This document shows positions 22,341-32,274 of a DNA stretch of 44,647 nucleotides, one piece after another. A model generated the notes under the pieces. That model had not been told where the DNA came from. It was given only the letters and a program-made list of their open reading frames with translations, and made no database searches. The DNA is from Bacillales bacterium UBA6331 (lineage in GTDB: Bacteria > Bacillota_I > Bacilli_A > RF39 > UBA660). The stretch covers positions 4,937 through 49,583 of the forward strand of contig DJSP01000093.1 in assembly GCA_002438065.1 (NCBI GenBank). The letters run 5' to 3'. The translations under genes were made by a program, and so were the position numbers. The number at the start of each line of letters is the position of its first letter. Within the stretch, counting starts at the first letter, position 1.

Positions 22341-24125
22341 GTGATAATAATGCAAAACATCCGTAACTTTTGTATAATTGCTCATATTGATCATGGTAAA
22401 AGCACACTAGCTGATCGAATTCTAGAACTTACCGGAGCAGTATCCAAAAGAGAACTAAAAGAACAAATGCTGGATTCAATGGATATTGAAAGAGAAAGAG
22501 GAATTACAATTAAGTTAAATACCGTAAATTTAAATTATAAAGGCTATGAATTTAATCTAATAGATACACCAGGACACGTTGATTTTTCCTATGAAGTTTC
22601 TAGAAGTTTAGCTGCTTGTGATGGTGCAATTCTTGTTGTAGATGCAACTCAAGGAATTGAAGCCCAAACGCTTGCTAATTTATATCTAGCTTTAAATCAT
22701 AATTTAACAATTATACCTGTAATTAATAAAATTGATTTACCAAATGCCGACGTTCCTAAAGTAACAGCCGAATTAGTTAAAGTTCTTGGCTTTAAGAAAG
22801 ATGAAATTATACCTGTAAGTGGTAAAACTGGTGAAAATGTTAATTTATTACTTGATGCTATAATTGAAAGAATACAGCCACCGCAAGATTTAAAAGAAGG
22901 AACTAAAGCTCTAATTTTTGATTCTTATTTTGATCAATATAAAGGAGTAGTTGCATCAATATGTGTGAAATCCGGTTCTATTAAAATTGGTGATACAATT
23001 ATTATGATGAACAACAACGAAGAATACGTAGTAACTGAAGTAGGAGTAAATACTCCAAATGAAAAATTATTACCTGAATTAAAAGCCGGAGATGTAGGAT
23101 GGGTTGCTGGTGCTATAAAAAGTGTTGAATCAGTACGTGTTGGCGATACAATTACAACTAAACGTGATAGAGCAATAACACCTCTAGAAGGATATAAAAA
23201 AGTTAAATCAATGGTTTATAGTGGAATATATCCAATTGAGCCAAATAAATATAATCATTTAAAAGAAGCACTAGAAAAATTAAAATTAAACGATGCTTCT
23301 CTTACCTTTGAAGTAGAAACATCAGAAGCCTTAGGTTTTGGATTTAGATGTGGATTTTTAGGACTACTTCATATGGAAATAATTGAAGAAAGAATTAAAA
23401 GAGAATTTGGTATTGATATAATTGCTACATCTCCATCTGTTATCTATAAAGTAGAATTAACTAATGGAAATGTAATTGAAGTAGATAATCCATCAAAAAT
23501 GCCAAATAAGGTCAATATTAGTTCAATAAGTGAGCCATTTGTTAAAGCAAGTATATTTGTTCCAAGTGAATACATTGGTGCTATAATGGAACTCTGTCAA
23601 GAAAAAAGAGGTATATATAAAACAACAGAATATATTGATGAGAAAAGAGTTAATATAATATATGAATTACCACTTGCCGAAATTGTCTATGACTTCTTTG
23701 ATAAATTAAAAAGTTATACTAAAGGATATGCTTCATTTGATTATGAATTATCCGATTACAAGGCAAGTGATTTAGTAAAAATGGACATCTTAATTAATGG
23801 TGAAATAGTTGATGCTTTATCTGTTATTGTACATAAAGATGCTGCATATCATCGTGGTTTAGCAATTACAAAAGCTTTAAAAGAACTAATTCCAAGGCAA
23901 CTATTTGAAGTACCTATTCAAGCATCAATTGGTTCAAAAGTAATCGCTAGAGAAAACATTGCTCAAATGAGAAAAAATGTACTTGCTAAATGTTATGGTG
24001 GCGATATATCTCGTAAAAGAAAACTACTAGAAAAACAAAAAGAAGGTAAAAAAAGAATGAAGATGGTTGGATCTGTTGAAGTTCCACCTGAAGCATTCCT
24101 ATCTATCTTAAAGACTGATAAATAA
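22341..24125 (+). CDS. lepA: Elongation factor 4 (LepA)
   Basis: [20 protein letters not shown] and DTPGHVDF motifs, with the LepA-specific C-terminus [25 protein letters not shown]. Confidence 0.97.
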   Translation: MIIMQNIRNFCIIAHIDHGKSTLADRILELTGAVSKRELKEQMLDSMDIERERGITIKLNTVNLNYKGYEFNLIDTPGHVDFSYEVSRSLAACDGAILVVDATQGIEAQTLANLYLALNHNLTIIPVINKIDLPNADVPKVTAELVKVLGFKKDEIIPVSGKTGENVNLLLDAIIERIQPPQDLKEGTKALIFDSYFDQYKGVVASICVKSGSIKIGDTIIMMNNNEEYVVTEVGVNTPNEKLLPELKAGDVGWVAGAIKSVESVRVGDTITTKRDRAITPLEGYKKVKSMVYSGIYPIEPNKYNHLKEALEKLKLNDASLTFEVETSEALGFGFRCGFLGLLHMEIIEERIKREFGIDIIATSPSVIYKVELTNGNVIEVDNPSKMPNKVNISSISEPFVKASIFVPSEYIGAIMELCQEKRGIYKTTEYIDEKRVNIIYELPLAEIVYDFFDKLKSYTKGYASFDYELSDYKASDLVKMDILINGEIVDALSVIVHKDAAYHRGLAITKALKELIPRQLFEVPIQASIGSKVIARENIAQMRKNVLAKCYGGDISRKRKLLEKQKEGKKRMKMVGSVEVPPEAFLSILKTDK

Positions 24126-24136
24126 TCAAGGATAAC

Positions 24137-24349
24137 ATGATGATAGAAATAGACATTAATAAATTAAAACAGGATTTAAAAGATTATTATGAATCAGCAT
24201 ATTTTACATTAGGTTATGGAGCAGCCCTAATGCAATCATTTGACATTGATAATCTATCAGATGAAGAAATAATAAATAAAGCAATTGATAATGGATTAAA
24301 TATAGAAAATTATATTGTAAATAATTCAAATAAAAAACTTAGTAGATAG
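24137..24349 (+). CDS. Hypothetical 70-aa protein
   Basis: ORF 12 nt after lepA. A hairpin-like terminator follows (about 24330-24366). Confidence 0.4.
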   Translation: MMIEIDINKLKQDLKDYYESAYFTLGYGAALMQSFDIDNLSDEEIINKAIDNGLNIENYIVNNSNKKLSR

Positions 24350-24363
24350 ATTCTATTAAGTTT

Positions 24364-24480
24364 TTAATATACTAAAATATAATAAATTAGTGCACTGATA
24401 GTACTTGCAATAATTGCAAATAAACATACCCACACTAGAATTTTAGATCCAACGCTTTTCTTTTTTGCTCTATAAGCCAT
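24364..24480 (-). CDS. Possible 38-aa membrane peptide (MAYRAKKKSVGSKILVWVCLFAIIASTISALIYYILVY)
   Basis: ORF found by hand. A strong GAGGTGA SD lies 8 nt upstream of the ATG. The peptide has a basic N-terminus and one TM helix. Confidence 0.4.
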   Translation of the reverse strand: MAYRAKKKSVGSKILVWVCLFAIIASTISALIYYILVY

Positions 24481-24561
24481 AATACTTATTCACCTCAAAA
24501 TAATTATACAAAAAATATCATAAAATTAAAAGAAAATAATATGATTAACTAGGTGAAATGA

Positions 24562-25122
24562 ATGAAATTTAATTATATGAAGATTATCCGTAGCCGTTTT
24601 AAGTTTCTCCTTACTTTTTTAACTTTAGGAATAATAATTGGTATAGTAATATATCTTAAATGTACTCCAGATATCAAAAGTACCATTGATTTAACGCTTG
24701 CAACAACTATCAATAATATTGGTGATGTAAAACAAAATCATATTCTAATCCATTTATTAATAATAAGTCTTATAATTATACTATCAAGTTTTATTATAGG
24801 CTTTTTTCCTCTAACAGTATATTATATATACGAAGGAGCATCTATTGGATTTTTATTTTCTGCATTATTACATTATAAAAATATTAAAGGAATTTACTAT
24901 TTTCTTGTATTTACAATTACAAATAAATTAATATATTTAATTCTTTTATCATATATCTTTTATTTAACATATAAATATATAAAAATTTTTATAAATAATC
25001 ATTATAAGATAGTTAATTTAAATGGTTATATGTTAAGAACATCAATTACATTATTAATTATTTTGTTAAATGATATCTTTTTATACTATTATGGTAATAA
25101 AATAATTGACATATTTATTTAA
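24562..25122 (+). CDS. Polytopic membrane protein, possibly SpoIIM/DUF95-like
   Basis: 186 aa with 4-5 hydrophobic helices. The layout resembles SpoIIM-family proteins, but the sequence support is weak. Confidence 0.4.
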   Translation: MKFNYMKIIRSRFKFLLTFLTLGIIIGIVIYLKCTPDIKSTIDLTLATTINNIGDVKQNHILIHLLIISLIIILSSFIIGFFPLTVYYIYEGASIGFLFSALLHYKNIKGIYYFLVFTITNKLIYLILLSYIFYLTYKYIKIFINNHYKIVNLNGYMLRTSITLLIILLNDIFLYYYGNKIIDIFI

Positions 25123-25174
25123 TATTAGCCTATTAATAATCGCAATTTTTTGCTACAATAATTACGTGATGTTT

Positions 25175-26281
25175 ATGGAAAAAGTTGTAATTGGTATGAG
25201 TGGTGGAGTAGATTCATCTGTTGCCGCTTATTTATTAAAAGAACAAGGATATGATGTAATTGGTTTATTTATGCGTAATTGGGATTCTCTAGTAAATGAT
25301 GATATAAAAGGAAATCCTAATTTAAATAATAATATTTGTCCCCAAGAACAAGACTATAATGATGCTCTAGCAGTATGCAACCATTTAGGTATACCACTTC
25401 ATAGAATTGATTTTGTCAAAGAATACTGGGATAATGTCTTTACCTATTTTTTAGATGAATTAAAAAAAGGAAGAACGCCTAATCCCGATTTAATGTGTAA
25501 TAAATATATTAAATTTGATTTATTTAAAAAAGAAGCTAAAAGATTAGGTGCTGACTATATAGCTACTGGTCATTATGCAAGAATTGTTGGCAATAGACTT
25601 TTAAGAGCTGTTGATTTAAACAAAGACCAAACATATTTTTTAGCTCAAGTAAGTGAAGACGCTTTAAAAGATGTATTATTTCCTATTGGAGATTTAACAA
25701 AACCTGAAGTACGTGAAATAGCTAGAATGCAAAATATACCTACAGCTACTAAAAAAGACTCAACTGGAATATGTTTTATTGGTGAAAGAAATTATCAAAA
25801 ATTTGTATCAAATTATTTAAAACCAAATACAGGAGATATTATTGATATTGAAACAAATAAAGTTATAGGAACACACACTGGCTTAATGAATTATACAATT
25901 GGTCAAAGACGTAATGTTGGAATTTCTGGTAATTTAGAAAAACACTTTGTAGTAGGTAAAAACGTTGCTGAAAATAAACTATACGTTGCATTTGGTGAAG
26001 ATAGTGAATATTTATATTCAGATTCATGTATAATTGAAAATGTTAATTTTTTATGTCAAACAAGACATACTTTCTGTACTGCTAAATTTAGATATAGAGG
26101 GCCTGATTATGAAGTAATGCTTGAATACTTAGAAAACAATGAAATATTAGTAAGATATCCTGAAAAAGTTAAAGCTGTTACACCTGGTCAAGCCTGTGTA
26201 TTATATTTAGGTGAACAATGCTTAGGTTCTGGAATAATTAAAACAGTTATGAAAAATGGCGAAAAACTTTGGTATTTATAA
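25175..26281 (+). CDS. mnmA: tRNA 2-thiouridine(34) synthase MnmA
   Basis: PP-loop VVIGMSGGVDSSVAAYLL, with DQTYFL and CFIGE motifs. The start is placed at ATG 25175 rather than the track's TTG at 25106. Confidence 0.95.
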   Translation: MEKVVIGMSGGVDSSVAAYLLKEQGYDVIGLFMRNWDSLVNDDIKGNPNLNNNICPQEQDYNDALAVCNHLGIPLHRIDFVKEYWDNVFTYFLDELKKGRTPNPDLMCNKYIKFDLFKKEAKRLGADYIATGHYARIVGNRLLRAVDLNKDQTYFLAQVSEDALKDVLFPIGDLTKPEVREIARMQNIPTATKKDSTGICFIGERNYQKFVSNYLKPNTGDIIDIETNKVIGTHTGLMNYTIGQRRNVGISGNLEKHFVVGKNVAENKLYVAFGEDSEYLYSDSCIIENVNFLCQTRHTFCTAKFRYRGPDYEVMLEYLENNEILVRYPEKVKAVTPGQACVLYLGEQCLGSGIIKTVMKNGEKLWYL

Positions 26282-26282
26282 C

Positions 26283-26309
26283 AAGATATAAGAAATTATA
26301 TCTTTTTTA
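26283..26309 (+). terminator. Strong terminator after mnmA (left boundary of the accessory island)
   Basis: 9-bp stem aagatataa/ttatatctt with a GAAA tetraloop, followed by a T-run. Confidence 0.85.
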
Positions 26310-26384
26310 TTTTTAAAAAAAGCAAAAAAATATATATAAAAACATATATAAAATAAAAAAATACAACTAAATAATTAAAAAACA

Positions 26385-26413
26385 TTGAAAATAGTATATT
26401 TAATTGCTATATT
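26385..26413 (+). promoter_or_regulatory. Candidate promoter of the island operon (TTGAAA-17-TATATT)
   Basis: ttgaaa at 26385-26390, tatatt at 26408-26413. An AAGGAAAGGA SD precedes the ATG at 26445. Confidence 0.5.
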
Positions 26414-26444
26414 AATTTTAATAAAGGAAAGGATAAGCGATTAA

Positions 26445-27782
26445 ATGAAAAAAACTTTTAATAATAAAAAATACATCGATTTACAAACTAAAAAATTAAT
26501 GGAGAGTATTAATCCTAGATTTGACCATGTATATTTAGAAATTGGAGGAAAATTTTTTGACGACCAACATGCTTCAAGAGTACTTTCAGGTTTTAATCCA
26601 AGCGTTAAATATGAAATAATAAACCAGTTAAATATAGAAAAAGAGTTTATTATTTGTATTAGTACCAAATCAATTAAAAAAAGTAAAAAAAGAAGGGATT
26701 CAAAAAAGTTGTATACTTACGAATGCTTTGAAATTGCAAAAAAGTTAAAAAATGACGGTTATAAGGTCTCAATATGTATAACCGGATATCACTCTTGTGC
26801 AAAAGCAAATTCATTTATAACAAAAATGAACAGTGAAGGATTTAATATATATAAATTATATGAAATGTCAGATTATCCATACAATCAAGAAAAAATCTTA
26901 TCAAAAGAAGGATTAGCACAAAATGATTATATACCTGTCGAAAAAAAACTTATTTGTATCATTGCACCAGGTCCAGATTCAGGCAAATTTGCAGCTGCTA
27001 TTTCACAAATATATCATGAAAATATCCTTCAACGTAAAATTTCTACATATAGAAAATTTGAAACTTTTTTAATACCAGAATTATCTATCAACAATCCAAT
27101 AAATTTAGCTAGCTCCATAGCAATGTGTGACGTTTCAGGTAATGATACAATCGATAAACGTTATTTTAGAAAAACTGGGAAAATATGTTGTTTAGATGAA
27201 AGAGACAATGCTTCATTTGAATTATTATATAAAATAATACCAGATGAAGATAAAGATGAAATAAGTTCCTTTTCTGAAACAATCATAAATTGCATACTTG
27301 ATTGTATATTTGATTTAGAAAGTGCAGAAAATCATGCCATCAAAGAAATAATTCGAAGATACAAAGAAGCAAAAAAAATGTATGATAGTGGTAAATTAAG
27401 TCAAATAGAATACAATGAAGCGCTACGCATTTATAACTTAATAAATTCTAAAATAGGCATGTCTGAAAACGAGATAAATTTTTTTCTTAAAGAAGCTATT
27501 GATTTTTGGGGATATGATTGTCAAAGTAATGTTTGTTTAGAAGAATTAGGAGAATTAATACAAGCAATATGTAAATATAAAAGAGAAGAATATGAAAAAG
27601 CACCACAAAAAATAAAAGACAATTTATTAGAAGAAATAGCCGATGTTCATAATATGATTAATCAATTAGAAATGTATTTTGGATATGAAGAAATTAAAAA
27701 AATTAGAATCAAAAAAATATTTAGAACTAGAGAACTACTAAGACAAGAAATGTTAGAAGAGTCATTGAAAGTAGAAAATTAA
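26445..27782 (+). CDS. DUF1846 (UPF0371)-family N-terminal region fused to a MazG-like all-alpha NTP pyrophosphohydrolase domain
   Basis: The N-terminal ~330 aa match the UPF0371 pattern as I remember it (YLEIGGKFFDDQHASRVLSGF, IIAPGPDSGKF, YRKFETF). The last ~100 aa carry EELGELIQAICKY...LLEEIADVHNMINQL, which is typical of MazG/dCTPase-like domains. Confidence 0.6.
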   Translation: MKKTFNNKKYIDLQTKKLMESINPRFDHVYLEIGGKFFDDQHASRVLSGFNPSVKYEIINQLNIEKEFIICISTKSIKKSKKRRDSKKLYTYECFEIAKKLKNDGYKVSICITGYHSCAKANSFITKMNSEGFNIYKLYEMSDYPYNQEKILSKEGLAQNDYIPVEKKLICIIAPGPDSGKFAAAISQIYHENILQRKISTYRKFETFLIPELSINNPINLASSIAMCDVSGNDTIDKRYFRKTGKICCLDERDNASFELLYKIIPDEDKDEISSFSETIINCILDCIFDLESAENHAIKEIIRRYKEAKKMYDSGKLSQIEYNEALRIYNLINSKIGMSENEINFFLKEAIDFWGYDCQSNVCLEELGELIQAICKYKREEYEKAPQKIKDNLLEEIADVHNMINQLEMYFGYEEIKKIRIKKIFRTRELLRQEMLEESLKVEN

Positions 27783-27783
27783 C

Positions 27784-28239
27784 ATGTACGTTTTTTTAGC
27801 ATCACCATTTTCCCAATTTTGTGAAGGATATGAAGACATTATTATTAAAGACAGATGGTTTTTTGAAGAAATAATTAAAAATTTAAAGAATAATAATATA
27901 GATTATTTTTGTTCTCAAGAACGCGAAGCATGGGGTGAAAAATATATAAGCCCAGATGAGAGTATCAATGAAGACGTGAATGGTATCAAAAAATGTGATC
28001 TATTTATTGGGATTCCAGGAAATCCAATTTCCGGTGGAGTTCATGTTGAAATAGGATGGGCAAGTATGCTAAATAAGAAAATAATTCTATTTTTAGATAA
28101 AAATACAGAATATAGTCCTATGATATTAGGATTACCAAGTTTGTTCAATTGTGATTTAATTTACTACGATAAGTTATTGACTATGAAAACAGTAAAACTA
28201 ATCACAGATGTAATTCAAAAGGAGAAAAAATGTATATAA
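27784..28239 (+). CDS. Nucleoside 2-deoxyribosyltransferase-fold protein (possible nucleotide N-glycosidase)
   Basis: 151 aa. The N-terminus is VFLASPFS, and GIPGNPISGGVHVEIGWASMLNKKIILF carries the conserved Glu. The fold family includes the CMP hydrolases BlsM and MilB. Confidence 0.55.
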   Translation: MYVFLASPFSQFCEGYEDIIIKDRWFFEEIIKNLKNNNIDYFCSQEREAWGEKYISPDESINEDVNGIKKCDLFIGIPGNPISGGVHVEIGWASMLNKKIILFLDKNTEYSPMILGLPSLFNCDLIYYDKLLTMKTVKLITDVIQKEKKCI

Positions 28240-29240
28240 AACTTTTTAAAGATATCTTAGCAAAAAATAAAAATAACAATAGTCCAATATATAGTTTTAT
28301 TTCTGTATCTAACAAATGTAATGCTAATTGTAAATTTTGTGATATCCACGAAAAAAAGGAAATAAATACTTCAATTGATATAAAGAAATTATTAAAGGAT
28401 TTAAAAGAATCCGAAATCAAGTATGTTCATTTTACTGGTGGTGGGGAACCACTAGCAAACAAAGAAATATACTCATATTTTGAGGAAGCAACTAATTTAG
28501 GATTAAATATAGTTTTTATTACGAACGGATATTTTCTAAACGACAAGATAATAGATGAGTTAGGCAAATACAATATAAAAGCTATTTTCTTTTCTATAGA
28601 TAGTCACATAAAAGAAATTCATGACAAAACTAGGAATGTTCCAGGAATATTTGATAAAGCAACTTATTCAATAAATGCTATCAAATTAAAATATCCAAAC
28701 ATAAAAATAATTATAAATCATGTATTAAACAGAGATAACATTGACAATTTAGAAGATTTCATCAAAATGAAAAACAAATATAAATATGATTATTTAAATA
28801 TATTAATAGTTAAAGAATGTCCAGAGTATTATTTTAACAAAGAACAAATTATAAATTATAACAATAAAATAAATAACATAAAAAAATTAATGAAAGCAAA
28901 CAATGTGCAATTATTAGCAGATGAGCTAGATTATTTTTCCTCAAACTGTTACACCGAAGATGGTTCAGATTTAAGAAAAAATGCAATACCATGTCAAATA
29001 CTTAACTATTGTTGTTTTATAGATTGTGTTTCAGGAAATGTTTATCCATGCGATTGCAGTGTTCATAGAGATTATAATTATTATTGTATGGGAAATATAA
29101 AGCAAAACTCAATTAAAGAAATAATGAATTCAGAAAAAGCATCAAAATTACGAAAGGAATTATTAAAATGCAGTAAATGTAAAAGTAAATGTGATTATGC
29201 TAACATGTATTTTAATAAAGTAATAAATGAAAAACAATAA
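28230..29240 (+). CDS. Radical SAM enzyme with a C-terminal SPASM/twitch-like Cys-rich domain
   Basis: CNANCKFC (CX3CX2C) near the N-terminus and a GGGEPL SAM-binding motif. The C-terminus is Cys-rich: CQILNYCCFIDC...PCDC...CSKCKSKC. Confidence 0.85.
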   Translation: MYIKLFKDILAKNKNNNSPIYSFISVSNKCNANCKFCDIHEKKEINTSIDIKKLLKDLKESEIKYVHFTGGGEPLANKEIYSYFEEATNLGLNIVFITNGYFLNDKIIDELGKYNIKAIFFSIDSHIKEIHDKTRNVPGIFDKATYSINAIKLKYPNIKIIINHVLNRDNIDNLEDFIKMKNKYKYDYLNILIVKECPEYYFNKEQIINYNNKINNIKKLMKANNVQLLADELDYFSSNCYTEDGSDLRKNAIPCQILNYCCFIDCVSGNVYPCDCSVHRDYNYYCMGNIKQNSIKEIMNSEKASKLRKELLKCSKCKSKCDYANMYFNKVINEKQ

Positions 29241-30330
29241 TTATGTATTTTTAGCTGATGCTTTTGGTTATGGGCCAATAAATACACTTTGTCAAATAGT
29301 AATCGAATTGAAAAAAAAATTAAAAGGCAATTATATATTTGTTGGACCAAAAATGTGTATATCACAAGCAAAAAAATATAATATTTTCCATGAATTTATA
29401 GAAATGAATTACACAAACAACGAAATTAATCAAAATAAGGAAACATTTTTAAATGCAAATAAAATAATTGCGGTCGAAACAACCGATATATTAATTTATC
29501 TGATAAATCATTACAAAATCAAAAATATATATTTAATTGATAATTTGTTTTGGATGTGGGATTATTTAGAACCAGAATTAAAAGAAATAAAAAAATATTA
29601 TATTTCTAAGGTTATAGATTGTTCGTCTAATATTGAAAGAATAGCAAAAGATTTTAGTAATTTAATGTCAGTTGGTGCATTAAGGCAAATGAACAAGTTT
29701 AAAAAAATCACCAAAAATAATTTAATAATATCTCTTGGTGGTGCAGAATCTTATATGTTTTCAGAAAATGATATTGAAGATTATTACCTAAATACAATCA
29801 AAATAATTTTAGACACAAAATACATTAATAAATTCAGTAAAATATATATTGCTGGTGGCGAAAGTATTATAAAATACTTGAAGAAAAACATCATAAATGA
29901 AAGAGTAGAAATAAAAACCTATAATAATTCAGAATATTTAAATATTTTATATAATTGTTCACACGCAATAATGTCTCCAGGACTAGGAAATTTTAATGAA
30001 GTTATCTCCACAGATATCAAGTGTTTATTTTTACTACCAATAAATTATAGTCAATATTTACAAAGAAATATATATAAGTCACTTAATATAGGTTTTCACT
30101 TTCAAGAAAATAATAAAGAAAAACATATAGCAAAATACTTAAGTGAAGATGAAGGCGTTCAAAAAGTAATAAACAACTTAAAATGTTATGATTTTTATGC
30201 ATTTAAAGAAGAGTTAACGTCGTACTTCGAAGATATTTCAAACACAATGAAAAGAGAAGAATTTTATAATACAATAGATAAAAATGGTATTAAAGAAATC
30301 TGCAACGATATTTTAAAGGAGGAACAATGA
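29227..30330 (+). CDS. GT-B-fold glycosyltransferase-like protein
   Basis: 367 aa. The N-terminus is FLADAFGYGPINTL. The C-terminal half has ISLGGAES...IAGGE...MSPGLGNFNEV...LLPINYSQYLQ, resembling GT1/GT28 donor-binding motifs. The sequence is divergent. Confidence 0.45.
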   Translation: MKNNNYVFLADAFGYGPINTLCQIVIELKKKLKGNYIFVGPKMCISQAKKYNIFHEFIEMNYTNNEINQNKETFLNANKIIAVETTDILIYLINHYKIKNIYLIDNLFWMWDYLEPELKEIKKYYISKVIDCSSNIERIAKDFSNLMSVGALRQMNKFKKITKNNLIISLGGAESYMFSENDIEDYYLNTIKIILDTKYINKFSKIYIAGGESIIKYLKKNIINERVEIKTYNNSEYLNILYNCSHAIMSPGLGNFNEVISTDIKCLFLLPINYSQYLQRNIYKSLNIGFHFQENNKEKHIAKYLSEDEGVQKVINNLKCYDFYAFKEELTSYFEDISNTMKREEFYNTIDKNGIKEICNDILKEEQ

Positions 30331-31457
30331 GAAAAATAAATGAAGATGCATTTTATGGTTTAAATAGAATTAACCTAAGTGAAATAATTGAAGTTTCAAA
30401 AATGCTACGAAACAAAAGCTTATTTAGGTATGACGGTGTAAAAATGCAATATGAAACTGATAAAGTCGAGCAAAAATTAAGTGATTTTTTTAAACAAGAG
30501 ATACTATGTGTTAATAATGGAACATCGGCTTTAAAACTATGTTTACTTGCCAATAACATTGGTTATGGAGATGAGGTCATAGTGCCATGTTTATCATTTA
30601 TTGCAACAGCAGCATGTTGTTTAACAGTTGGAGCAATTCCAGTTTTTTGTGAAATAAACAATACATTTAATATTGATCCGAAAGAAATTGAAAAAAATAT
30701 TACAAAAAAAACAAAAGCTATTATTGTTGTACATTATCAAGGATATCCATGTGAAATGAATGAAATAGAAAAAATAGCTCGAAAACATAACCTAATAATA
30801 ATAGAAGATACTGCACAAGCATTTGGTGCAAAATACAGTAATAAATTACTAGGTACATATGGGCAATCGGCTGCATTTAGTTTTCAATCATGTAAAATTA
30901 TTACATGTGGCGAAGGTGGTGCAGTAACTAGTAAAGTGAATTTTGACTTTATTAAAAGATACGCAGACAATGGTGGATATCGTAAAAAAGATATGATGCC
31001 AGTTTGGGACAAAGATTTTTGCACATATGGAGAAAACTTTAAAATGACAGATTTGCAGAGTGCAATATTAATAAAGCAATTCAAAAAACTTAATAAAATA
31101 ATTCAATATCAAAGATTTCTTTATAATTATATAACTAATAACATAACAAATTATAACCTTAGAAAAAGCGTTGATATCAACGGAAGTATAAATATGAGCT
31201 TATGTGTAATATTTAATAATATGAAAGAATGTAATAAATTTATATCTTATATGAATAAATATGACATTCCATTTGGCAAAAGGACATCAAATTTTTTACC
31301 AAATTATAACGTCTTTAAAAATAAATCTAAAGTAAATAATTGTCAAAAAAGTTACAATTTATTAGATAGAAGTGCCTGGTTAGTTTTAAACTCTAACCTT
31401 TCCAAATCGGATTGTAAGTATATTATTAAAGTAATGGAAGAATATCATGGAAAATAA
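30327..31457 (+). CDS. DegT/DnrJ/EryC1/StrS-family PLP-dependent sugar aminotransferase
   Basis: NGTSALKLCL, GDEVIVPCLSFIATA, IIEDTAQAFGA, and the Schiff-base Lys in FSFQSCKIITCGEGG. GGAGG SD and an ATGA overlap with the upstream ORF. Confidence 0.88.
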   Translation: MRKINEDAFYGLNRINLSEIIEVSKMLRNKSLFRYDGVKMQYETDKVEQKLSDFFKQEILCVNNGTSALKLCLLANNIGYGDEVIVPCLSFIATAACCLTVGAIPVFCEINNTFNIDPKEIEKNITKKTKAIIVVHYQGYPCEMNEIEKIARKHNLIIIEDTAQAFGAKYSNKLLGTYGQSAAFSFQSCKIITCGEGGAVTSKVNFDFIKRYADNGGYRKKDMMPVWDKDFCTYGENFKMTDLQSAILIKQFKKLNKIIQYQRFLYNYITNNITNYNLRKSVDINGSINMSLCVIFNNMKECNKFISYMNKYDIPFGKRTSNFLPNYNVFKNKSKVNNCQKSYNLLDRSAWLVLNSNLSKSDCKYIIKVMEEYHGK

Positions 31458-32274
31458 TTTTACAAACGATATCATTTACAGAAATTCATTATATTATCGT
31501 TTTAATTACAAAAAAATTAAATCTTTGAAAAGCATAGATTTAATAAGATATTATGATGGATTAAATTGCTTTCAGTATTTCGAATTTAATATTACGGAAG
31601 AAGATATTCAAGATTTAATTAAAATAAATAAAAAAAATGACATCAAATTTAGATATATAGATGAAAACTCAAATATTTACAAAATATTATCACAGAGATT
31701 TATAATAAAAAAAACAGATGAATGGTACTCACCCATAATAGAAATTAAGAAAAATAATTTTCAAGATTACGTTCAATCCAAATCCAATAATTTTAAAAGG
31801 TTAATCAAAAAATGTCAATTATATAATAAACAAATAAAAGTAGTTAAATCTAATAAAAATAATATTAATAATTTATTTAAAGATGTATTATTAGTGGATC
31901 AAAAAAGTTGGAAAGCAAGAGAAAAAAGTGATATGTTTAATCTTGATAATGAACAAATAATATATTTATCGATGTTAAAATATTGCGACATTGTAGTAGC
32001 ATATAAGTGTAATACACCAATTGGATACTCATTATTAATACAATATAATAACAAATATTACGCAGCAAAATGGGGAGCAACAAATGATGGACGCAAATTA
32101 AATGCAGGGATAATTTGCTTATTAACTCAAATCAAAAAAATAAGTTCAAATAAAGACTTATATTTAGATTTATGGGGAAGGAGAAATAAAATATATGACA
32201 GAATGGCCACTTCTTATAAAAAAAGATTATATTTTAGCATAATAAAAAATGATAATAAAAAAAGAACAAATTAA
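31447..32274 (+). CDS. GNAT-fold (Fem/CelD-like) acyl- or aminoacyl-transferase
   Basis: The C-terminal half (WKAREKSDMF...IGYSLLIQYNNKYYAAKWGATNDGRKLNAGIICLL) resembles the BioF2-like/Fem-type acetyltransferase fold. Confidence 0.4.
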   Translation: MENNFTNDIIYRNSLYYRFNYKKIKSLKSIDLIRYYDGLNCFQYFEFNITEEDIQDLIKINKKNDIKFRYIDENSNIYKILSQRFIIKKTDEWYSPIIEIKKNNFQDYVQSKSNNFKRLIKKCQLYNKQIKVVKSNKNNINNLFKDVLLVDQKSWKAREKSDMFNLDNEQIIYLSMLKYCDIVVAYKCNTPIGYSLLIQYNNKYYAAKWGATNDGRKLNAGIICLLTQIKKISSNKDLYLDLWGRRNKIYDRMATSYKKRLYFSIIKNDNKKRTN

